From positions 4,836,001 through 4,900,000 of the forward strand of contig OX597834.1 in NCBI GenBank assembly GCA_951406725.2: a stretch of 64,000 nucleotides of DNA, read 5' to 3'. Below are positions 53,298 through 64,000 of this stretch, one piece after another; the stretch's first letter is position 1; each line of letters starts with the position of its first letter. The stretch comes from Octopus vulgaris. Lineage: Eukaryota. The notes under the pieces were generated by a model that was not told where the DNA came from, did not search any database, and saw nothing but the letters and a program-made list of their open reading frames with translations. The position numbers and the translations under genes are program-made.

Positions 53298-54769
53298 GCC
53301 ACTGTCTCATTTGTTTACGCTGAATTCCTAGCAATCTATCTGTACGCGGGTCTGTGGATTGCTCGTCACTAACACGTTAATTCATGAACAGGTGTCGTTG
53401 ATCGTGTATGTAGACCATGTATGTAACGATGATGTGCTGTATCTATGTATATCACAAATATATACATGCATACAAACACACACATTATATGTAGTATTTC
53501 TTGGTTGATCACGTGACAGGCTTCTCGATCACTTTTTATAATGCTATTTACGCAGCTACCTTCACATGACTTATATATTAGAATTTGTTTTAAGTCATAA
53601 GCTAACAAATATAATAATATGGATTGAATGAATACATAGTCCATTCGATAAAAATGTTTGCACAAAATCAAATGGTAATGTGAGACAGTCATATGATGTC
53701 GAGCATGATGGATTTTAACTTCCACAACATTTACGTTTAGAGAACACTGACACTTGAAGAAGAAATTGAAATGATTTTTACTTAAGTTCAAGGAAGTATA
53801 TATTTTGTGTAAGCTCAAATTCTTAATTCATTAAGACCTTTCCTTCCAGACAAACTAGGCCGTAACTTCTACAACTTTATCGATAATAACAACATTACCT
53901 TGTAGGCCAACACACGACGTTCAGCACACCAAAGGATTGATATTAAACGCAGCAGGATACTGACTGGCGCTGAAAAATCACGGGAAACGACATAAACAGC
54001 AAATTTTAAAGTTGCTTTTCAAGGAAGATATCTGATGGAGCGATTCTTTACTACAGCGACAGTTTGAGCAATCTATCAAGAAATAAAATCCTCTATAGTT
54101 GCAACTAATGCACGTACCAGCGATGAAGTTGCAGGTAGATGATCTCAAAATATGATTCCCTGTTATGCGGGAAATATAGTGATGATACACATTTCCCTCC
54201 TGGGCGTAATTATATGAAATTTTTCAGTACACATAGGCGTAAAATTACAGCTGCAGCCACGACATATATTAAATCATTTCACGCAAACACATAAATCAAA
54301 TTTATTTCATTTAAACACCCGTGACGTTGGATATTCTTGCGACATATCTGTTGAATAACTTAATAACTTATGAAACAGTTACAGTATCATTACTGATGCA
54401 GTGGTCTGACTTACTGAATCCAACCGTGAAACATGATTGAAACGACACGTCTGATTAGCAGAAGAAAAATTAAGGTCAGATTTCTGATTCATACCACCTC
54501 CTTCATAAATATAGAATACTAATCGATAGTTTAGAACAGGAATGTGTAATATTTTTTCGAGTTGTAGGCCGCATGAGGTAAGAGTCTTTATAGGTAGTGT
54601 ACTAAAAAAAAAATTAAGGTAATTTTTCGTTAAAGGTATGTCAGTGACTCAGTGATTTTTTTTCGCAGATCGTACGGGTAAACCTCTCCCTAAGTAGTGG
54701 ACTAAACTTATTTTCTTTCCTTTGGAGAAAAATGCTTTCTACAATTGAATAAACTGAAGACTTCATATT

Positions 54770-54908
54770 GGTTTTAAATTTTGGCATACAACCACCGGTT
54801 TTCTGGGAGGGCTAAGTCAATTACATCGATCCAAGTGCTCAACAGGTATCTATTTTATCGATCCCAAAAGGATGAAAGGCAAAGTCGACCGCGGTGGAAT
54901 TTGAACTC
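54770..54908 (-). mobile_element. SINE family B, partial
   Basis: GGATGAAAGGCAAAGTCGACC...GGAATTTGAACTC. Confidence 0.75.
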
Positions 54909-55069
54909 TTGAATAACTCAATGTGTTGAATATGAATGTGTCTATGAGGCGTGCGTTGAAGAGGAATATTTTTATAATCCGTGCATGAAAATTTACTAAA
55001 GCTATTTTTTGAGTTACCGGTGCACATCTAAATATTTGACCACTAAATAATTTCACTATCTTCTAACTG

Positions 55070-55445
55070 TTTTAGTTATTAGACTGCAGCCACGCTAGGA
55101 TACCCATTTTAAGAATTTTTAGTCGAATATATCGATCCCGGGACTTAATTTTTTAAAGACTGGCACTTATTTTATCAGTCTCTTTCGCTGAACTGCTAAG
55201 TTACGGGGATGTAACCACAACAGTGCCGGCTATAATCACAACCACAAAGACACACACACGGACACACACACACACCCACATAGACATATATACAACGGTC
55301 TTCTTTCAGTTTCCATCTGCCACATCCATTCTCAAGGCTTTGCTCGGTCGGCCCGAGGCTGTAGTAGAAGACACTTGCCGAAGGTGCCAAGCAGTAGGAA
55401 AGAACTCGGAACCATGTGGTTGTGAATAAAGCTCCTTATCACATA
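55070..55445 (-). mobile_element. SINE family A, diverged
   Basis: All modules recognisable. Confidence 0.8.
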
Positions 55446-56739
55446 TGCACTCCCACTGCTTTTTTAAAGCAAGAGATGCTAACACAAACTATCTTCGTTG
55501 ATAAAATTTACCAGCAGTTTAAAATATCGAAAACGTTACCTTCAAAGTGAGTTTACAAAATTCAAGGAACATCGTCTTTATTCATTGCACATTTTAAGTT
55601 TAGCTGGACTATGTTAAGCCATTGTCCTGGTGAAATGTTAACATGATTAAAGTTAAGCATCTCCACCCAATAAAGAAATCGATATACAAATTAACCTGAC
55701 CTGGCAAGCTCGGTGGAGCATAACGGCGAAAATGCTGCAAAAAGGCACGACATTGACGACGGAATTAGTCCCATTAAACTGAATGCAATAAAGCCATGAA
55801 CAATGCTTAAAATAATGCATAACAAAATACAAATAAGAAATATCGTATTTATTATTCATTTGTTATTGATATAAATAGAAATATTTTACAATTTTAAGTA
55901 TTCTTCAAATACTTATTGCAAAGTTGCAACTCGTAAACTGTCTTAAATGAAGATCCGACAATCTATATTTTTACAATCTATATTTTTACTATTACTTTCA
56001 TTTTAGAAAAACAGAAAAAGATTTTCGCATTTATACATACTTCCAAACTCTATGGCAAATCTTATGGCGACGCACAGTATTTTATTGTAGTTCCATAAAG
56101 AGTTCCATAAGAGTTCCATAAAATTACAATAATCCTTTGTCTTTAAAGTTTTGCCGAAAAGTTTCATAATTCTCAATCTCAAGTATTTCCATTTGCAGTT
56201 CCTTTCGGGTATTTTTTTAACATCAACATTAAATGGATTTACAAAAAAAAAAAAAAAATTAAAACAAACTTCTATATCTTTGAACTCCTTAAATTTGATT
56301 CTCGTAGTTTTTGGAAATACTTTATCTCTGCAGCAAATCTATTGTATTGAGACTCCATGTGAATGGCTAGTACAGAGGAATAGAAAGCGTTGCTAATCTT
56401 GAGTTGATTCTTCCAAATCCGAAAATTTGTTTCAAAAGCGTTGGCATGGCAATACATCTCATGTATCAATTATTTTGCTTTTAACTTGATATTATTTAAA
56501 CGATTTATGATATCTACGAGAAATGCAAGGACACAAATCCAGCTATTACCCTTTAGCTCGGAAACCAACTTACACTTCATTTCTAAAAGGGTGCTTACAT
56601 CTTCTCCGAAGCTGCAAAATCATTGAAGCACCTCCCCTCTACTTAGGGTTAGGGTTAGCAAACTGCACAACAATAAAAGATGTCACCATGCCCCGACTGA
56701 AGTGTTTTTTAAAGAACTATTTAAACTAACGATGGTAAG

Positions 56740-56951
56740 TGCTATAAAGTGCTTTGTTTTATAGTGATCAAATATTTTCGGGCCGCACGTTACCTCACTC
56801 TCTTCATCAAACCGACGTTGTCTAAACAGGTGCATGATGTACCATATGCCAGGTGTCGCAGTGACAGAGAGCAACGTGAGATGAAGTGTTTTGCTCAAGA
56901 ACACAACGCACCACCCGGTCTACAAATTGGAATCACGATCAACCTAAACCA

Positions 56952-56953
<2 letters not shown>
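56740..56953 (-). mobile_element. CORE-like SINE
   Basis: Homologous to 37180-37445. Confidence 0.7.
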
Positions 56954-57016
<63 letters not shown>

Positions 57017-57059
57017 ATGTATATGTATATATATATATATATATATATACATACATATT

Positions 57060-57090
<31 letters not shown>

Positions 57091-57112
57091 ATGTATATAT
57101 ATATATATATAT

Positions 57113-57377
57113 AAATTAGAAAGAAAACCCACCTTTTATCAATTCAGAATGAACAATTAAATTACACCATCTAGAAAATTACATATAATAGAAATAGAAA
57201 TATCAAAATAACAATAATATACCGATGATTAAGTAAATTGCAAAAAAACTAATAAAAACATATATAATCGGTATATTATTGTTATTTTAATTTTAATATT
57301 TCTATTATATGTAGTTTTCTAGATGGTGTAATTTAATTGTTCATTTTGAATTGATAAAAGGTATTTTTTTCTAATTT
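57113..57377. repeat. Fold-back insertion in (TA)n, about 110-bp arms
   Basis: 57113-57225 is the imperfect reverse complement of 57267-57377. Confidence 0.85.
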
Positions 57378-57972
57378 ATATATATATATATATATGTAAA
57401 AATATACAAACTGGGACAAGTACGCAAAACATTTCGAAGACGATACAAAAAACACGGACGGGACATTCAAAGCCTTCAATCTTCAGTCAAGAACCGGATC
57501 AACCTCGCAATTTCGGCTGATTAATCTTGAGATTGCTCCGATCTGGCCAGCCCCAAAGGAAAATCTAAGCCAAGCACATTAGATTCCTTGGAAGAAAGCC
57601 TCGAATGTATACAAAACAAGGACGGAAAAACGGACGATGTTACACGAATAAGAATGCAAAAATACGTGAAAACAATAATGATAATGATAATAACAAAAAC
57701 AGAACGTCACAGACAGGCGTCTTTCGACAGGACGAGTAAACTTGGAGCTGGCATGTTAGAAAAATGCCTTAGGGCAGAGAGAGAATAAATGTGTCTTGCC
57801 GCGACGACTGCTAAGCACGAAAGGCTGGCAATCGGTCAGTCAGTCACGTGTGAGGAGAAGAGAGAGGAAAAGAGGGACAGAGAAAATAGGGAAACAAGGA
57901 ACAAAGGAACAAAGGAGGAGGAGAAAAGAGAGAGAGCGAGAAGAGTGGAGTGCAAAGTGTGAAATATATATG

Positions 57973-58006
<34 letters not shown>

Positions 58007-58009
<3 letters not shown>

Positions 58010-58716
58010 GAAAGAAGGTTTGAAAATGCAATTTAAAAGATGTTTATTTAATTTACCGGTTTCACTCTTCGGAAAAAGATTGTCAAAAGTAACATGTAGA
58101 AGTTTGGTTGCGTTAATTATTGGTTGTTGCAAATTGCTACATTACATATATATACAGTCTTTGGTAACAGAGACATGTTAAGGACATAAAAAAGTTCAAC
58201 AAGTTCCTTAAAATATTGGACACAAAAGATTACTACATAAATAATCGTTCTCAAGGACATACTTAAGATAGTTTCCAGAAGGAATTGATATTGGTACTGT
58301 ATCTGTATATTCAAACATGCACAGAATATTGGTTGACACAGAGTATTATAATTCATATAAATATAGTCTTTGGTGACAACAGTATGTTGAGAATATAAAA
58401 AAGTTTAACAAGCTCATTGAAAAAATGGGCAGAAAAGATTAAAACAAATATATTATACATCTCAGGGTAATTTCCAGGAGGAATTATAAAAAAAAGTTCA
58501 GTATACACATACAGAATATTATGAGTTCAAAAAGATTTACATTATTGTAGTGGTGAGGTTGTCACTAACCTGTCCGTTTTAGCAGAAATGTGGAATTGAA
58601 AAGAATGTACCCGTTTTTTTCTTCCACATGTTACTTTTGACAATCTTTTTCCAAAGAGTGAAACCGGTAAAGTAAATAAACATCTTTTAAATTGCATTTT
58701 CAAACCTTCTTTCGTG
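58007..58716. mobile_element. Element with about 95-bp inverted ends, each with a U3:A8 hammerhead motif
   Basis: 58007-58101 versus 58621-58716; right arm TTACTT-TTGACAA-TCTTT/TTCC/AAAGA-GT-GAA-ACCGGT-A-AAGTAA; between TA tracts. Confidence 0.75.
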
Positions 58717-58758
58717 TATATAATTCCACTCGTGCGGTACCCCACAACTCCACTTTGT

Positions 58759-58837
<79 letters not shown>

Positions 58838-58907
58838 ATTTGTGTGAAATTTGATTTAGTATTTCGAAATTGAATTTTTCCCTGTAAGTTAGGATTAATA
58901 TTCCCTC

Positions 58908-58949
<42 letters not shown>

Positions 58950-59629
58950 AGCATTATATAAACGTGGGCAAATCTTTGGTGTTGAAAAAGGACTGCATGT
59001 TTATACTAAAGTGCTTAAAATTACCCAGAACTGGTGTATTTATATATGAGTGTGCATGTATATGTGTGCACTCACGCATGTTGGCGAACGAGGGCGCCAA
59101 TGTATAAATAAATTCCTTCAAACTTACCCAGTTTGTAATTCTATTTGAATTAGAGAAATCAAAATGCAACTTTTAGATAAACCAGCCTTAATGTTTAGCC
59201 GCATTTCTTCGCAGCAAAGAATAATTCAACAATACAATGGCAATTATCTTGAGACTATTGCAATTATATCTTCCACATTTTGTGAAGTGAATGTCAATAA
59301 AGGTTAACTTAGTTTTTAGAACCTTGTAAACGTTACAAAACAATACCGTTTGTCCTCCTTACTCTCCAGAGAAAAGCGATTCTCAATAATTGCTTCCTCG
59401 CCTGAATATATAATATAATTTGAAGTTAAATTTCAAGCTAAACTTTCATGTGTGAGCGCAATAATAGCAAACAAGAAAGAAAACTACACTTTTTATAATT
59501 CTAACATTTATTCACAATTTCATATTTAATATTTCTTGTGTGGCGTGTGTGTGTTTGTGTATCTGTGCTTGCGCGCGGATGTGTGTGTGTGTGTAGATAT
59601 GTGTGTGTCTGTGCGTGTGTGTGTGTGGT

Positions 59630-59671
<42 letters not shown>

Positions 59672-61086
59672 ATAGCGTGTGTACCAGTAGTTTAGGGTAG
59701 TCGGTCTTTGCAATATAAATATTATATGTATGCATATATGTATGTATGTCTAAGTTCGTACAAGTTTTTTTTATGTATGTGCGGTACATTCTTAATTTAA
59801 ACTATGATAGCGATTACTTTATTATAAATGTATCGATATTCGCATAAGTGGATATGTTATTGTATAAACTATCATTCATGTTACACACATATATTTACAT
59901 AATTATGCATATACACTTAGAGAGAAAGAGAGATGGGGAGATTGAGCACACTTATGCTCAAAGGCATCTACAATATGACCATCCGATTATTTGACAACAT
60001 TATCTCATGCATCACATTTTGTTCTTTATTTGAGGTGGCAGTATTTGTTTCCAGGGAGACATGCTACTCTTTCGAGTAAATTGCGATACACTATACAGTT
60101 TCTTACGTTGGTTTAAGTTTAATGACCTTTCTGTGTTAGCCTGTTTGTTTTAGTTTGTGTGTGTGTGTGTTTTTTTTTAGCTTGAGCAAAGGGAGAATTT
60201 ACAAACCGATTAAAACTTTAACATGACAGGGATTATCTTTGATGTAATTACTGGTTGTCTGAGAGAAGTCAAATCAAAATCTAACTCAAGAGACATTTTA
60301 ATTGAATATAAACAAATATAACAATTCTTGTCAACGATATCAGAACGATATTATAATATACAATCACAGACAAAAGAAAACCTATTTGAAACAACTTCAG
60401 AAAATATAAGCTCATTTTTAAAGAGAGATCAGAACATAGATTATTGAAAAATATCACCCGATCACTAAGCAAGACTTGAAAATTCAATCAGTTCAGTTTC
60501 AACTTATTACAAATATATTTAGATTTGCAGCACAGAAACTCATTCCAAACCATCGAGAAAAATTTTCCCAATGTAAACTTGGATCTTCAATAAAACCATA
60601 TAAAACTGCATGAAAATTACGACCTTCTTGGCAACTCCGATTAATAATGCCCACTATACAACTTAGGTCCTTAAAATCCTATTTGAAGAGCGTAAATCGA
60701 TTAATTCCATCTCAAAGTACACCAATATATCGATTAAATGCATTTAGAAAGAAAATGCAAACGATATTCAATTCGGATCCACTTTAAGAAAAAAAAGAAT
60801 ACATCCATAAATTACTGAGTCTTTCAGCAATATAAACTACATATATTCAATATGAGTGGGTTTGATAACCTTCGAATTGAAGAAGAACAGAATGGAAAGT
60901 ACTATTTTTAGTGACATCTGTAACTTGTAGGATTAGGAGACAGGTTCAATGATACATAAATATTGTTTTTTCCGTGTGACAGTTAAATCTTATATGAATG
61001 AGAGATTTATTAAGTATGACCAGGATAGGAGGACTTTAAATAAACTACTGCAGAGTAATAGGAGGGAATATTGAAGTTACAGAAAC

Positions 61087-61212
61087 CATGTAATACAGTA
61101 ATACAGTACAATAATAATACAGTACAATACTAATATTACAGTAATAATACAATAATACAGTACAATACTAATAATACAGTAATAATAATATAGTACAGTT
61201 ATACAGTACAAT
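61087..61212. repeat. Degenerate minisatellite (CAGTAATAATA/CAGTACAATA units)
   Basis: Direct reading. Confidence 0.85.
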
Positions 61213-62375
61213 ATATATAAGAGATCGATGCAGGGATTCATCGTATGTATGAGAATGATTGTAGAGACAGAAGAGGAAGCTTCAGTTGGAATATTCACGC
61301 TAAGTAATTAACTTTTAACCTGCTCTGTCATACCATGGTATAACCTTCCATAGTTCACCAAATATTATTGAAGTACTTTCGCAAAGCTCACTATTACTTA
61401 GTGAAATTCACTGAGTTCGACATTCAGAAGGTCCGCAGATATGTGGTTGTTTTTGAATATAGAAATCCTTTGGAGTTTTTAGTTTTTAGCCATTTGTATA
61501 CTTTTCATGCCGAATGTAGTAGAACGCCTATTTCGAAGGCGAGTCCTATTCGCCTGCTGCATCCAATCTATATTTCGAAGGATGAAAGGCTGCTGAAATA
61601 TTGTTGATCTTTGTTGATATTTCCCTTCCTGCCCTGTTTGGATTCGGTTTTGTGGAAGTGACCTTTGCCCAGCATATATTCCATCGTCGATGACTGATTG
61701 ACAAACATACATTTATATCGCTACAAGTGAAATTAATTTTCTTTGATTTATTGTGCTGAAATTACTCGTTATTAGTCTTTTTTAAACCCATTTCTGCTAC
61801 AGCTGGTTTAATCCAGTTTTAAGTGATTTCTAAAGAAGGAATTCTTAACCAGAATTAATTTGGTTAATTTTCATTAAAGCGTGGAATATTTTAGCAATGT
61901 GAAAGTTAACATATTAAAGGAAATTGATGTCTGAATCGGATAACAGCGTGGCATCCATTTATTAAATACATACGAGTCAAGGATTATAAGTGATTTTGTC
62001 TTTAAATCCGATAGCTCATAGTGCTCTGCTACGTAATAAAGTTTGTGTTCTTTACTATATCTGTCAAAGTGGTCAACAATGAGTCAATAATGAATATTTT
62101 CGTAACTATCACGTGATCACTTACTTGGTAGCGTTTTGATGGTAGTTGCATTAATAGTGTTATTAGTGTTTTAGCTTTGATTTTTCTCCTGTTAATGGCA
62201 TCTCGAGATCATTAAGATTGTAGACGCTGTTTTGGACAGAAATGTAGGCTTATTCATTTACCGTATAACACATCTATTTTTATTATTTCGGTATGTTGCA
62301 GAGTATGTTTCACTGAGGTCATCCCCCAGATCAGTGTCTAAAACTGTCTCTCTTACAGACAAACTTATGAAAATA

Positions 62376-62518
62376 TTGGCTCTGTGATAAAAAGCCTGCT
62401 TCCGGGTTCAGTTCCATAATGTGGCACTTTGAGCAAGCGTCTTCTACTATGGGGTCGGGCTGACCAAAGCCTTGTGAGTGAATTTGGTAGACAAAAACTG
62501 AAAAGAAACCCGGCGTGT

Positions 62519-62557
<39 letters not shown>

Positions 62558-62762
62558 CATAATTGATCGTTAGCTACTACACTCATTTTTTTCTCCCCTT
62601 TTTTCTCTCCTTGTTTCTCTCCTTGTTTTTTCTGTGTATCTTTCTGTCGAAGAGCGTAGGCTCGAAACGTAATAAACTTTTTCTATTCCTGAGCGCTATA
62701 CTAATATATTTGTTTGTTTGTACTCCACCTGCCTTCGTCTTTTGTTTATTTTCGTAAACTTT

Positions 62763-62846
<84 letters not shown>

Positions 62847-62985
62847 TGTGTGTGTGTATCTTTGTGTCTGTGTGTGTCCTCCTCCACCGCTTGATAACCG
62901 GCGTTGATTTGTTTGCGTTCTCGTAACTTAACGGCTCAGCAAAAAATATTGATAGCATAAGCCCCAGGCTTAAAAAAAGTAAGTA
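62376..62985 (+). mobile_element. Diverged SINE A with an insertion in its microsatellite
   Basis: Head half 62376-62518, second half from about 62860. Confidence 0.75.
62558..62765 (+). mobile_element. PLE-like insertion with degenerate minimal hammerhead
   Basis: CTGTCGA-A-GAGC/GTAG/GCTC-GAAACGTA at 62644-62671; flanked by TA tracts. Confidence 0.55.
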
Positions 62986-64000
62986 TTGATGTTGTTTTGA
63001 AAGGCATCAAGCAAATCCTCTCCGTTCTGGATGAATTTCATGGCGGAAAACATTGACATTTTTAATCATCACCCTATACATTACAGTGATTATTAATATT
63101 ATATAACGGGAGGAAAAGCTTCAAGTATACAACAAAAATTTCTAAACTGAAATTAAATTTTCAAAATGTCAGTTCTGGCCTTACATTGAAAACTAAATAA
63201 TTTCTTCTTTACACTTGCACTCAAAAATGGTAAAAGGTCAATTACTTTACTCGTAAGATGACATCTGAAGGAACAAAAGTAGAATATTATGTAATATCAG
63301 TTGTTACAATGTAGAAAAATAAAGAAATACTACTGCAAAATATTCAAATCATTTTGATTTCCTATTCCTCTGTTACCTTCGTATTGCTTCATTATCACAC
63401 ATGACTATTTCCTGACAAAATTAGTTTTCAATATACTTTCTTATTTTATGTTACTTTCATCGCCTCAGCAACAGCTTTTCTAATGTATTGAAGTCACTTT
63501 ATTGTTGATCTAAATTCATGAATATTTTTCTCAGTATTTTATTACAGGTACAGTTTACTGATGACGTTAGTTGTTAGGAAATATCAAATTATATCACATT
63601 TATAGTATATTATTTTTCAGCATACATTAACATTTTACCAAACTTTCCCATAGGCATAAGAAATATTCATACACAAATACATGCATTATTTCTATATGCA
63701 CGCATACATGAATATATATATATATTTACATACATACACGCACACACACACACATACACACACACACACACCACACACACACACATATGTGTGTGTATGT
63801 GTAACAAAGTAAAGTTGGGTGTTACCGCACGAGTAAAAGTATAAGGATAAAAATCTGAAAATGAAGGAGTCTTTTAAAAGTATTTATTAACTTAACCGGT
63901 TACCCTTATTTAAAAAGGTTTTCACAATTAAAGTGTGAGGTGTAAAAAATATATTCAAATCAAGTGATAGCGTTTTTGCCAATGATAAGAAGAGTTTTGA

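Noticed and set aside
60180-60500. Possible PLE GIY-YIG endonuclease remnant
   Set aside because: Only a vague resemblance across many stops and frameshifts

Overview
AT-rich, microsatellite-dense eukaryotic DNA, intronic or intergenic, made almost entirely of repeats. The SINE families look like those of Octopus (inference from recognising them; not verified by search). No intact protein-coding gene was found; most ORF-track entries are translated microsatellites or SINEs. Supported features: three tRNA-derived SINE families (about 30 copies, several with target-site duplications); remnants of RTE, CR1-type, L1/Tx1-type and R4/Dong-type LINEs; Penelope-like element (PLE), Gypsy gag-protease, Tc1 and Tigger/pogo remnants; a Helitron helicase remnant and a complete non-autonomous Helitron. 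The main finding is at least seven unrelated small insertions carrying minimal type I hammerhead ribozyme motifs. Many sit in microsatellites and are arranged as inverted repeats, as PLE pseudo-LTRs are. Their cores show compensatory variation at the 3:8 tertiary pair (C-G, G-C and U-A). A LINE 3' end that appears to have donated the tail of the commonest SINE is also present.
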